Shown here: in pieces, positions 10,702 to 18,790 of the stretch
Position numbering within the stretch: the first letter of the stretch is position 1
How the letters are laid out: each line of letters opens with the position of its first letter
NCBI GenBank assembly: GCA_046542355.1
Contig: JBKHBN010000001.1
Location: forward strand, 129,215 to 161,214
Source: Alphaproteobacteria bacterium
GTDB lineage: Bacteria > Pseudomonadota > Alphaproteobacteria > Micavibrionales > Micavibrionaceae
DNA: 32,000 bases
Reading direction: 5' to 3'
The notes under the pieces: generated by a model
What the model saw: the letters and a program-made list of their open reading frames with translations, nothing else
The model's database searches: none
What the model was told of the DNA's origin: nothing
Made by a program: the position numbers and the translations under genes

Positions 10702-12909
10702 TCACCGCACCTGCAAGCGCACAGGCTCGTAAACACTTCCTCCCGGCGCACCTGTCATACTCTGATACAAGAAAACATCACGTATCTGCGGTAAAACAGA
10801 GCGAAACAAACCGGCTTGAATACGTAACGCATCCCCGGCACTTCCTTGTTCTTCAAGAAATTTAACAAGCTGCTCAACAGGTGTAAGAGGTCTTGGAACA
10901 ATCTGTACATCAACGCTATGACGATCATAGCCGCCCACCTGACGCGCTGCATAGTCCAGAGCATCACTCAACCCTCCAATCTGATCCGCAAGCCCTACTT
11001 CAACCGCGCGTTTTCCTGACCACACGCGGCCACGCGCAACATCCTCAACCTCGGCCTCACTCAAATCGCGTCCCTTGGCAACACGCGTGACAAAACTGGA
11101 ATAAATACGATCCAGCATCGCATTAACCCGCTGCTCTTCATTTGCATCATAGGGTTGGTTAAAAGACCACATACTGGCCTTCTCACCCCAGCGCACTTCA
11201 TCCCAATTCACCCCCAGCTTCTCCCACAAGCCTTTAAGAGAAAACTTACCGCCTAAAACACCAATAGAGCCGGTAATTGTACTTGGTAGCACAAAAATCT
11301 GATCCGCGCTGCTGGCAATCCAATACCCTCCCGACGCGGCAACATTCCCCATTGAAACAATAACAAGCTTGCCCTCTTCTTGAACTTTCTGAAGCGCACG
11401 TAAAATCGTTTCAGACGCAACCGGCGCACCTCCAGGGCTATCAATGCGCAAAACCACAGCGTCATAAAGATCATCCTCTGCTACAGCCAGCAAAACTCCG
11501 GAAAGCTCATCAGCAGCAACAATGCCATCACCCCCAAAAGAAACCTGTTCCCCAAAAGCCTGAACATTATGACTATCCAATATAGCGCCAAGCGCATAAA
11601 CAAGGGCAATTCTGGGTTTTCCAGAGGGCTTGCCAATTAATACCCCGCTATTACCATCACCTACCCTCTGCTCGCTCCCACCAGCGCTCCCAGCAAAGCC
11701 CTGAGCAGTTTCTACTTCAGCATCCAAAGGCTCGTCCTCTTCCTGAGCCTGCAAGTCATCCTCTTGCACCTCTTCATCCTGCGCTTTAGTGTCACCAGTC
11801 TCAACAAGCGCCTCTTCGGAAGCTTCCGGCGCATCCTCACCCGCCTGGGCTTCATTAACCACCGGTGACACAAAATCCGCTAATAGATAGTCAGGCCGCC
11901 TAAAACCTCGCCCTTTAAGCATTTCCGTGACATAGCTATCAAAGCGAACATACCGCAGATCTTCACCATCTGGATCACCAGTCACCTGCTCATTCATTGT
12001 CTCAATGAGTACGTCTTCATAATCAAGAACATCAATCAATCCAGCATCCAGCGCTTCGGTATCAATATACAACCCGCGATCCACAAGGCTCTTAAATTCA
12101 CCCGCAGTAATATCCAAATCTTTCGCAATATCCTCGCTGATAACAGAAGCGATATCCTCTACCAGCCTTGTCATAGTACGCCGCGAAGCGTCCGGCATTT
12201 CACGCTCAATAACTGTGTCATAAGCGCCCTTATATTCCTTGCGCTTATAAATTTGCGGTTTGATACCAACCTCATCAAGAACGCCGCGTACATACGGTAT
12301 TTGCGCACTAATGCCCAAGATCGTAACAACGCCCAGGGGCTGCATCCACACCTCATCGAAAGCCGAAGCCAGGTAATACCCGCTCAGCCCTTGATCAAAA
12401 GAAGGCGCATACACATACGCAAACTTTCCAGATTCCTTAAATTCCTTAAGAGCACTGCGAAATTCCTGAGCATGTGCAATAGACAAGCTCCCTCCGGTAA
12501 TTTTCGTATAAACACCACTAACGCGTGGATCAAGAGCAGCCCGATCCAGCGCATCAATATAATTACCAAGAGTCCTCACGTTACTCTTGAAGGGTTGGGA
12601 AAAATCAGCCTCTGTAACAAGATCAGGAATATCACCATCAATTTCCAGATACAAAACCATCTGAGAAGGCAGCCGGGCAATATCAGAACTTGCATTCATT
12701 TCATAAAAAACAGAAGACAAAACCCAGAAAGACACAAACGAAGCAATAATCACAGAGGCGCCAATTACAGTCGATGTGCGCTTAAAAGCAACCCACAAAA
12801 TAGGAAAAACACGCCAAAGCAACCGTTTCTTTTTCTCCTTTTTCAAAGAAACCGGCAACCGTGAGAAAATCTGACGTTTTCTAAGCCAAGGATCATTCTT
12901 GCGAGTCAT
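10702..12909 (-). CDS. sppA: Signal peptide peptidase SppA, 67K (two-domain) type
   Basis: 735 aa. N-terminal TM segment and two ClpP/crotonase-like S49 domains (the second carries GNVAASGGYWIAS). An acidic low-complexity insert lies between the domains. Confidence 0.88.
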   Translation of the reverse strand: MTRKNDPWLRKRQIFSRLPVSLKKEKKKRLLWRVFPILWVAFKRTSTVIGASVIIASFVSFWVLSSVFYEMNASSDIARLPSQMVLYLEIDGDIPDLVTEADFSQPFKSNVRTLGNYIDALDRAALDPRVSGVYTKITGGSLSIAHAQEFRSALKEFKESGKFAYVYAPSFDQGLSGYYLASAFDEVWMQPLGVVTILGISAQIPYVRGVLDEVGIKPQIYKRKEYKGAYDTVIEREMPDASRRTMTRLVEDIASVISEDIAKDLDITAGEFKSLVDRGLYIDTEALDAGLIDVLDYEDVLIETMNEQVTGDPDGEDLRYVRFDSYVTEMLKGRGFRRPDYLLADFVSPVVNEAQAGEDAPEASEEALVETGDTKAQDEEVQEDDLQAQEEDEPLDAEVETAQGFAGSAGGSEQRVGDGNSGVLIGKPSGKPRIALVYALGAILDSHNVQAFGEQVSFGGDGIVAADELSGVLLAVAEDDLYDAVVLRIDSPGGAPVASETILRALQKVQEEGKLVIVSMGNVAASGGYWIASSADQIFVLPSTITGSIGVLGGKFSLKGLWEKLGVNWDEVRWGEKASMWSFNQPYDANEEQRVNAMLDRIYSSFVTRVAKGRDLSEAEVEDVARGRVWSGKRAVEVGLADQIGGLSDALDYAARQVGGYDRHSVDVQIVPRPLTPVEQLVKFLEEQGSAGDALRIQAGLFRSVLPQIRDVFLYQSMTGAPGGSVYEPVRLQVR

Positions 12910-12934
12910 ACAGCCCTCTTTTCATAAATATAAT

Positions 12935-14023
12935 TTACAGGCACTGCGCTTTATGGCGCAGCCAATGATCCGCCAGCACGCACGAAACCATTGCCTCAAC
13001 AACAGGCACGCCCCGTATACCGACACAAGGATCATGGCGGCCTTTAGTCGAAATCTCAACCTCACGCCCATGCACATCAATGCTTTTGCGCGGTGTTAGA
13101 ATAGAGCTTGTCGGCTTGAAAGCTACCCGTAAAACAATATCCTGCCCCGAAGAAATCCCGCCAAGAATACCGCCCGCATTATTACTTAAAAACACCGGAT
13201 CACCTCCATCTTGACCTGCGCGCATTTCATCGGCATTTGCAACACCATCAAGCGCCACCGCATCAAATCCCGCGCCAATCTCCACACCTTTAGCGGCGTT
13301 AATACTCATCATAGCTTTAGCCAGATCCGCATCCAGCTTATCATAAACAGGAGCCCCCAGCCCCGCCGGAATGCCACTTGCATGAACCTCAACCATCGCG
13401 CCAATGCTAGAGCCATTCTTACGGGTTTGATCAAGATAATCTTCCCACTCCCGCGCTGTAACATCATCAGGGCAAAAAAACGGATTATCATTAACCTGCG
13501 CCCAATCCCAGCGCTCCCGATCTATCGCTTTGTTCCCAATCTGAACAACGCAAGCGCGTATTAAAACCTGCGCTCCGATCTGATGCTCCAAAACTTTTCG
13601 CGCTATCGCTCCGGCGGCGACCCTCATCGCTGTCTCACGCGCAGAAGAGCGTCCGCCACCACGATAATCCCGAATACCATATTTGCGCATATAAGTATAA
13701 TCAGCATGCCCGGGGCGAAACTTATCCTTAATCTCACTATAATCTTTAGACTTTTGATCCGTATTTTCAATCAACAAGCCGATAGGCGTTCCCGTTGTCA
13801 CCCCTTCAAAAACACCCGAAAGAATTTTCACCTTATCAGCTTCTCGGCGCTGCGTCGTATGGCGGCTCTGCCCTGGCTTGCGCTTATCCAGATAGCCCTG
13901 AATATCACCCTCATCCAGAGGAATGCCCGCCGGAACACCATCAACAACAGCGCCAATCGCTGCCCCGTGGCTTTCCCCAAAGCTTGTATATTGAAACAAA
14001 TAACCAAACCGGTTCCCCGACAT
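12935..14023 (-). CDS. aroC: Chorismate synthase
   Basis: The conserved N-terminus [20 protein letters not shown] starts at the ATG at 14023. Also present are [11 protein letters not shown] and a C-terminal RHDPCV motif. The 21-aa extension in the ORF track was dropped. Confidence 0.93.
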   Translation of the reverse strand: MSGNRFGYLFQYTSFGESHGAAIGAVVDGVPAGIPLDEGDIQGYLDKRKPGQSRHTTQRREADKVKILSGVFEGVTTGTPIGLLIENTDQKSKDYSEIKDKFRPGHADYTYMRKYGIRDYRGGGRSSARETAMRVAAGAIARKVLEHQIGAQVLIRACVVQIGNKAIDRERWDWAQVNDNPFFCPDDVTAREWEDYLDQTRKNGSSIGAMVEVHASGIPAGLGAPVYDKLDADLAKAMMSINAAKGVEIGAGFDAVALDGVANADEMRAGQDGGDPVFLSNNAGGILGGISSGQDIVLRVAFKPTSSILTPRKSIDVHGREVEISTKGRHDPCVGIRGVPVVEAMVSCVLADHWLRHKAQCL

Positions 14024-14090
14024 AAAAATCCTTATGCTTTTTAAATTATATCCATGCCCCGCGAGCGTCATACTAAGCCAACACAAGCCA

Positions 14091-14558
14091 TTATCCCACC
14101 ATTATCTTGTCTTTTTGCGCTGACAAACTCCCATGCTCGATCATAGCCACCGTCAAACGGCTAATCGCAGTGCGCTTGCCAGTAGCCTCCTCAACCATAT
14201 CTGTTTGCCAGACCTGCGTACGCCGCCCCAAATGAAGAGGCCTACATGTTCCTATCACCCACCCTTTTGTAACCGCGCGAATATGATTGGCATTAATCTC
14301 AATCCCCACAGCCCGATACTGATCCGGATCAATGGTCATCCAGGCCGCAACACTTCCTAAAGATTCCGAAAGCACACAACTTGCCCCGCCATGCAATATA
14401 CCAAAAGGCTGCACCGTACGGTAATCAACAGGCATGCGTCCCTTTAAATAATCCTGCCCAATCTCCAGAAGCTCAAGGCCAATATGCTCAGCCATATTGG
14501 CGTAACGCAGTTTTTGTATATCCGCGACCTGATACGGTTTAAACCAGATATCCTGCAT
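14091..14558 (-). CDS. Hotdog-fold acyl-CoA thioesterase (PaaI/YbdB/YdiI family)
   Basis: 155 aa. The stretch [17 protein letters not shown] is typical of PaaI-type thioesterases. Confidence 0.8.
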   Translation of the reverse strand: MQDIWFKPYQVADIQKLRYANMAEHIGLELLEIGQDYLKGRMPVDYRTVQPFGILHGGASCVLSESLGSVAAWMTIDPDQYRAVGIEINANHIRAVTKGWVIGTCRPLHLGRRTQVWQTDMVEEATGKRTAISRLTVAMIEHGSLSAQKDKIMVG

Positions 14559-14595
14559 AAAAGCACCTCTCTAATATAACCGCTAACATGACTTA

Positions 14596-14637
14596 CAAAA
14601 AAATAAACAAAACGGTCAGGCGCAAAAACGCCCGACC
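14596..14637 (-). terminator. Rho-independent terminator downstream of fabI
   Basis: On the minus strand a 9-bp stem with one mismatch (GGTCGGGCG / CGCCTGACC, plus-strand 14614-14637) is followed by the U-rich GTTTTGTTTATTTTTTT. It begins 26 nt after the fabI stop. Confidence 0.7.
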
Positions 14638-14662
14638 ATAAAAATAACAATCCATACAACAA

Positions 14663-15535
14663 CTAAGCAGCGTCAGCTTTGGATTCTCTTTCGATAAGCG
14701 TCTCTTCCATCCTCTCAAGCATCTTTTTATTTTGCTTAATGCTCTCAAGATCAGCGGCCAACATACCAACTGTGTGATAACCAGCATCAACATGGTGTGT
14801 TTCACCAGTCACGCCAGAGCCAAGATCAGACAGAAGATAAATACCTGTACGCCCGACTTCTTCTTGTGTAACCGTCCGGCGCAGCGGAGCATTAACAGCA
14901 TTCCAATCAAGAAGGAAATCAAAGTCATTAATCCCGCTTGCTGCCGATGTTTGAATCGGGCCGGCAGAAATCGCATTCACGCGTATTCCCTCTGGCCCAA
15001 GATCAGCGGCCAGATAACGCACAGAGGCCTCAAGAGCAGCTTTACAAACACCCATAACATTATAATTGGGTATAACCTGCTCTGCGCCATAATAACTAAG
15101 CGTAACCAAAGAACCGCCATTTTTCATCAACGGTGCTGCATACCGCGCAACCTCAATAAAAGAATAAGCTGAAATCGTCATCGACATTCCGAAATTCTTA
15201 CGCGATGTATCACGAAAACGTCCATCCAATTCTGCCTTTTTGGAAAAAGCCATGGAGTGAATAACAAAATCAAGCTCACCCCACTCATCTTCAAGCGCTT
15301 CAAACACAGAAGGAATCGCCTCTTCATCACGCACATCACATGGCAGAAGAATATCCACGCCCAACTCCTGAGCCAAAGGCTTCACAGTAGAAAGCGCCCG
15401 ATCCCATTGATACGTAAAGGCCAGATCGGCACCATTTTCTGCCGCAGCCTTCGCCATGCCCCATGCAATGGAATTCTCATTAACCACGCCCATAACCAAG
15501 CCGCGTTTTCCTTTTAAAAAATCACTTTTCATCAT
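14663..15535 (-). CDS. fabI: Enoyl-[acyl-carrier-protein] reductase (NADH) FabI
   Basis: 290 aa. N-terminus LKGKRGLVMGVVNENSIAWGMAKA, catalytic Y...K context (SYYGAEQVIPNYNVMGVCKAALE), plus a charged C-terminal tail of about 25-30 aa. Confidence 0.92.
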   Translation of the reverse strand: MMKSDFLKGKRGLVMGVVNENSIAWGMAKAAAENGADLAFTYQWDRALSTVKPLAQELGVDILLPCDVRDEEAIPSVFEALEDEWGELDFVIHSMAFSKKAELDGRFRDTSRKNFGMSMTISAYSFIEVARYAAPLMKNGGSLVTLSYYGAEQVIPNYNVMGVCKAALEASVRYLAADLGPEGIRVNAISAGPIQTSAASGINDFDFLLDWNAVNAPLRRTVTQEEVGRTGIYLLSDLGSGVTGETHHVDAGYHTVGMLAADLESIKQNKKMLERMEETLIERESKADAA

Positions 15536-15823
15536 ATATCTCTTTTTTAATTGCCTTGTGTAAAATTAACCGAAGCACTAAAACAAGCCACATCAAGCCT
15601 GTTCCAGCCGGCACCATACTGCCTACTAATTGCCCTTTTGTACACCCCTCGTTTACAGCAATGCTAACGTATTTACACTATGCTTATAAGCCTGATTCCT
15701 GTATATCAGTATAATAAGTCCTGCTCTCACGTCATAATATAACCATCACCCTCTTGAGTACACCTGAAGACTGAAGTATCAGTAACCGCAACAATACAAA
15801 CAAAACAAACCGAACGAAGGCTT

Positions 15824-17236
15824 ATGCCCATAGACCTTAAAACAGCCAGCCATCAATGCAGCGCAATTAAACGCCTGATTCAAAGATGCTACCCACGCTT
15901 ACACATTCGCTACGTTTTACACAAAGAAAACGAACGCGAGAAAGTGTTTGCAATAGAATCACGCCAGCTAACCTTACATCCTGCCGGTAAATACATTCTG
16001 GAAAATCCGAATAAAAAAGAATTTCGTACCATTTTGCAGCAAAATCACAGCCGCTTCGTTTGTATTGCCAAGCAACACAGCCCGGGCTTTCTAAGGTTCT
16101 TCAGACAAAAATCATACATGGCGCTATGCTTCATGAATTACGAGCGCTTTGATAGCGTAGAACACTTCCGCAATCACGCCTATAACATCGCATGGCACGC
16201 CATAGCCCTGCACAATGATCATGAAAAAGCATCATCGAGGCATAGTAAAAAAAATGAAGACAATGAACGCTTCAATGATGATAACAACATTTTAACGCCC
16301 GTTTTGGATTCTGCGCAATATGATCGCCGCAACCTGCTAGGAGATATTTTCTCTGCCTGCATTCAAACAATTCAAGGCCGCAAGGAAGCGTTCGATTTTC
16401 TCGCTAAACAACGCATAAACAGCACCCTGAACGCTTCGAAGGGGTTCCACGCAGAACATTTTCCCTTCCCCATGTGCATTGACACATTGGAATATGTGTT
16501 CAAGGACAATATCAATCAGGAAAAAACTGAAAAACACCCGGTTCTGGCAGCGGTCAAAATCACAGAAAACATCGGTAAAACATATAATCAAACTTCTATC
16601 GAACAATGGCTGACTTTTTCCCTGCCGGTACAACAAATGGCCTGGGCTGGCTACGACACAAGGACAATTCTAGGGGCAGCGCTATACACAAGCGAAAACA
16701 CTTACGCTCAATCCATAGCAGACATGATTGCCGAGCGCATATCCATAAAACCTCAAATTATAACACATCTGCAAGACTACAACCCATTTACCGCTCCAGA
16801 AGCAAATGCACGTATGCATCGCAAGCTTTGTCTGGATCTGCTGTACAATCTTCTTGCACGCCTCATTCTTCCTGAAGATCATAAAATCGTGATCGAAGTC
16901 ATAAGCAAACAAAACACGTTACTGTTAGAGGGCAAAGTCATGAGCTGGTGCGTTCCCGCCCTCATTCCCATAGAAGAACTTATCCGCCAATGCCCGAGCA
17001 AAGACATGATGCCCGACCTTCTCAATCAAGCCATGAAAATGTTTGAAAAAGAAATAGATAATATTCCTTGGGAGACTCTCGCGCACCTATCCAAAACATT
17101 ATTTTTACGACGACGCGATAACCGCGAAATTACCATGCAAACATTAATGGATATTACAGCACAAGACGAAGAACTATCCTCAGTGCATTACGGCCTCTCG
17201 CAAGCAAAAAAACTCCACGAAAAGAGCGCGTCATAA
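15824..17236 (+). CDS. Hypothetical protein, 470 aa, no recognisable domain
   Basis: Long ORF with ATG at 15824 and GAAGG 5 nt upstream. No signal peptide or TM segment and no motif I can assign. Its last codons overlap the 3' end of the convergent DUF1566 gene. Confidence 0.6.
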   Translation: MPIDLKTASHQCSAIKRLIQRCYPRLHIRYVLHKENEREKVFAIESRQLTLHPAGKYILENPNKKEFRTILQQNHSRFVCIAKQHSPGFLRFFRQKSYMALCFMNYERFDSVEHFRNHAYNIAWHAIALHNDHEKASSRHSKKNEDNERFNDDNNILTPVLDSAQYDRRNLLGDIFSACIQTIQGRKEAFDFLAKQRINSTLNASKGFHAEHFPFPMCIDTLEYVFKDNINQEKTEKHPVLAAVKITENIGKTYNQTSIEQWLTFSLPVQQMAWAGYDTRTILGAALYTSENTYAQSIADMIAERISIKPQIITHLQDYNPFTAPEANARMHRKLCLDLLYNLLARLILPEDHKIVIEVISKQNTLLLEGKVMSWCVPALIPIEELIRQCPSKDMMPDLLNQAMKMFEKEIDNIPWETLAHLSKTLFLRRRDNREITMQTLMDITAQDEELSSVHYGLSQAKKLHEKSAS

Positions 17237-17800
17237 ACTCAGAAAGGGTCGAACCGGAATCTTAGGCTCATCCCGAATACAGCGAACACGAGCAAAGGGA
17301 TAATTCTCAAGCGCATCATCTTCAAAACCATCCTCAAAGTCCCACAAATATGCGTGATCGGGCTCATCCGGAACCATTTGCCCTGACCAAATACTGGAAC
17401 AATTCCCCAGATCAAAGCCTGCTCGAGCATTAAGCGCCGGTTCTCTTGCAACGCGTAGATACATCCATCGCAAATCATTCATCAATGGCTGACGAGCATT
17501 ATTATAGCCCGCATCACGCAAGCTTTGTGCATGCTCTTGCCCAGCGTGCCATGTTTGCCTTCCTTCTAATGCAATATCTAAAGGCTCAATAGAATAAACC
17601 AGCCCCGTTTCTTGTGATACCCCACCAATAATCCATCCACCTGGCAAAACATCGCCCAGATGAAAAGCTGGGCTATCAATGTTCTGAGGAGTATCATGCC
17701 TTCCCGAATTAAAACCGTTTTCTGTTCCTAGAAATCCTTCCCCCGCTCTCAAAGACTCAATGTTAAAAACTCTTCCTAAACTACTAAACAGTGAAAACAT
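17231..17800 (-). CDS. DUF1566 (Lcl C-terminal-like) domain protein
   Basis: 189 aa. The C-terminal region fits the DUF1566 pattern: tW..A......ARQPLMNDL (the WRLPT..EL equivalent), then IWSGQ...AYLWDFEDG...ARVRCIRDE (the yWSs...aw.v.f.dG...vRCVR equivalent). SD AAGGA lies 10 nt upstream of the ATG. Confidence 0.6.
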   Translation of the reverse strand: MFSLFSSLGRVFNIESLRAGEGFLGTENGFNSGRHDTPQNIDSPAFHLGDVLPGGWIIGGVSQETGLVYSIEPLDIALEGRQTWHAGQEHAQSLRDAGYNNARQPLMNDLRWMYLRVAREPALNARAGFDLGNCSSIWSGQMVPDEPDHAYLWDFEDGFEDDALENYPFARVRCIRDEPKIPVRPFLSL

Positions 17801-17894
17801 AATAATATGTTCCTTTTCTCAAACGCAGATATCTGACGTCCCGATACTCTTTGAGCTGAATAAAACAAAAGCTCATTTATAAATAACAACTATT

Positions 17895-17924
17895 GTTTTA
17901 CCATAATATACGGACGACTGTCAA
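17895..17924 (-). promoter_or_regulatory. Candidate sigma70-type promoter for the DUF1566 gene
   Basis: On the minus strand: a perfect TTGACA (17924-17919), an 18-nt spacer, then TAAAAC (17900-17895). It lies about 90 nt upstream of the ATG at 17800. Confidence 0.3.
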
Positions 17925-17964
17925 AATAAAGCAACAACCGCTACCAGCGAGGATAGCGGTTGTT
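17921..17964 (-). terminator. Rho-independent terminator downstream of the 17-kDa antigen gene
   Basis: An 11-bp perfect stem AACAACCGCTA / TAGCGGTTGTT (17933-17964) with a 10-nt loop. On the minus strand it is followed by GCTTTATTTTG. It lies about 105 nt after the stop at 18069. Confidence 0.6.
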
Positions 17965-18068
17965 ATTATTCTTTAGTGAAAAGCATAATCAGAATATAAA
18001 ACTCTGCCTATACCTTACCCGCTACCAAAGAGCGGTTTTTCTAACACAGATCAAACCTGATATGCAAA

Positions 18069-18551
18069 TTACTGGGAATTCACAATCTGCCAGCTGCCAT
18101 CGGGCTGCTGACACGCTGTTCCATAGGCCGTCTCTTCCTTGCCACCAATAAAGACCGTTTGTTGAAACTCCCGGCAATAATCCCCGCTTGGTGTATATCC
18201 ATCACGCGTAGCAACGACTTCGCCGTAATTACCGCTTTCCGGATTATTCCATGAAATAGGTTGACCAATAGGAGCTTGACGCGCTTCGACAACAGCCGAG
18301 TTCATCGCCATTTTATCAGCCCGATCCAACGACTTTCCAATCTCGCTCCCAAGATATGTTCCAAGCAAAGCGCCTGCACCTGTTGCCCAGAGCTGCCCTG
18401 AGCCGCCACCAACTTTAGACCCTAAAAGCCCACCGACGACTGCACCCGTTCCAGCACCGACAGTCTGTTTTGTTCCGGCATCTCTAAACGTTTCACAGGC
18501 ACTAAGTGCAAACGCACAAAATACCATTACCATCATTGTTATTTTTTTCAT
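18069..18551 (-). CDS. 17-kDa surface antigen-type glycine-zipper lipoprotein
   Basis: 160 aa. Lipobox FALSAC, then a glycine zipper (GAGTGAVVGGLLGSKVGGGSGQLWATGAGALLGTYLGSEIG), then a C-terminal domain with CREFQQ...GTACQQPDGSWQI as in Rickettsia 17-kDa antigen and RT0821/Lpp0805-type proteins. Confidence 0.85.
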   Translation of the reverse strand: MKKITMMVMVFCAFALSACETFRDAGTKQTVGAGTGAVVGGLLGSKVGGGSGQLWATGAGALLGTYLGSEIGKSLDRADKMAMNSAVVEARQAPIGQPISWNNPESGNYGEVVATRDGYTPSGDYCREFQQTVFIGGKEETAYGTACQQPDGSWQIVNSQ

Positions 18552-18713
18552 TCGACTAACCTTTTTTTGTTATCCACGAACATAATAAACTATTGACCGC
18601 ATGCGCCGGGCATTATAGCGCCTAAAAAACAGGATTCATAGAGTTTTGTATAAACGATAAAGAAATTAGCCCTTTATCCCCCGCGCGCTAAAAAAATCAA
18701 CCTTGCGCAAACT

Positions 18714-18736
18714 CTTGATTTTTTGTCACAATCAAG
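18714..18736. promoter_or_regulatory. Perfect 7-N9-7 inverted repeat (CTTGATT-N9-AATCAAG) upstream of htpG; candidate operator
   Basis: Read directly from the sequence. It lies 55 nt upstream of the htpG ATG in the divergent promoter region, and the left arm contains a CTTG motif. Confidence 0.3.
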
Positions 18737-18790
18737 GCATAAATTCTCCTCTCAAGGAAAAAAGAGATACAAACGAGGAGCTGGCCAAAG

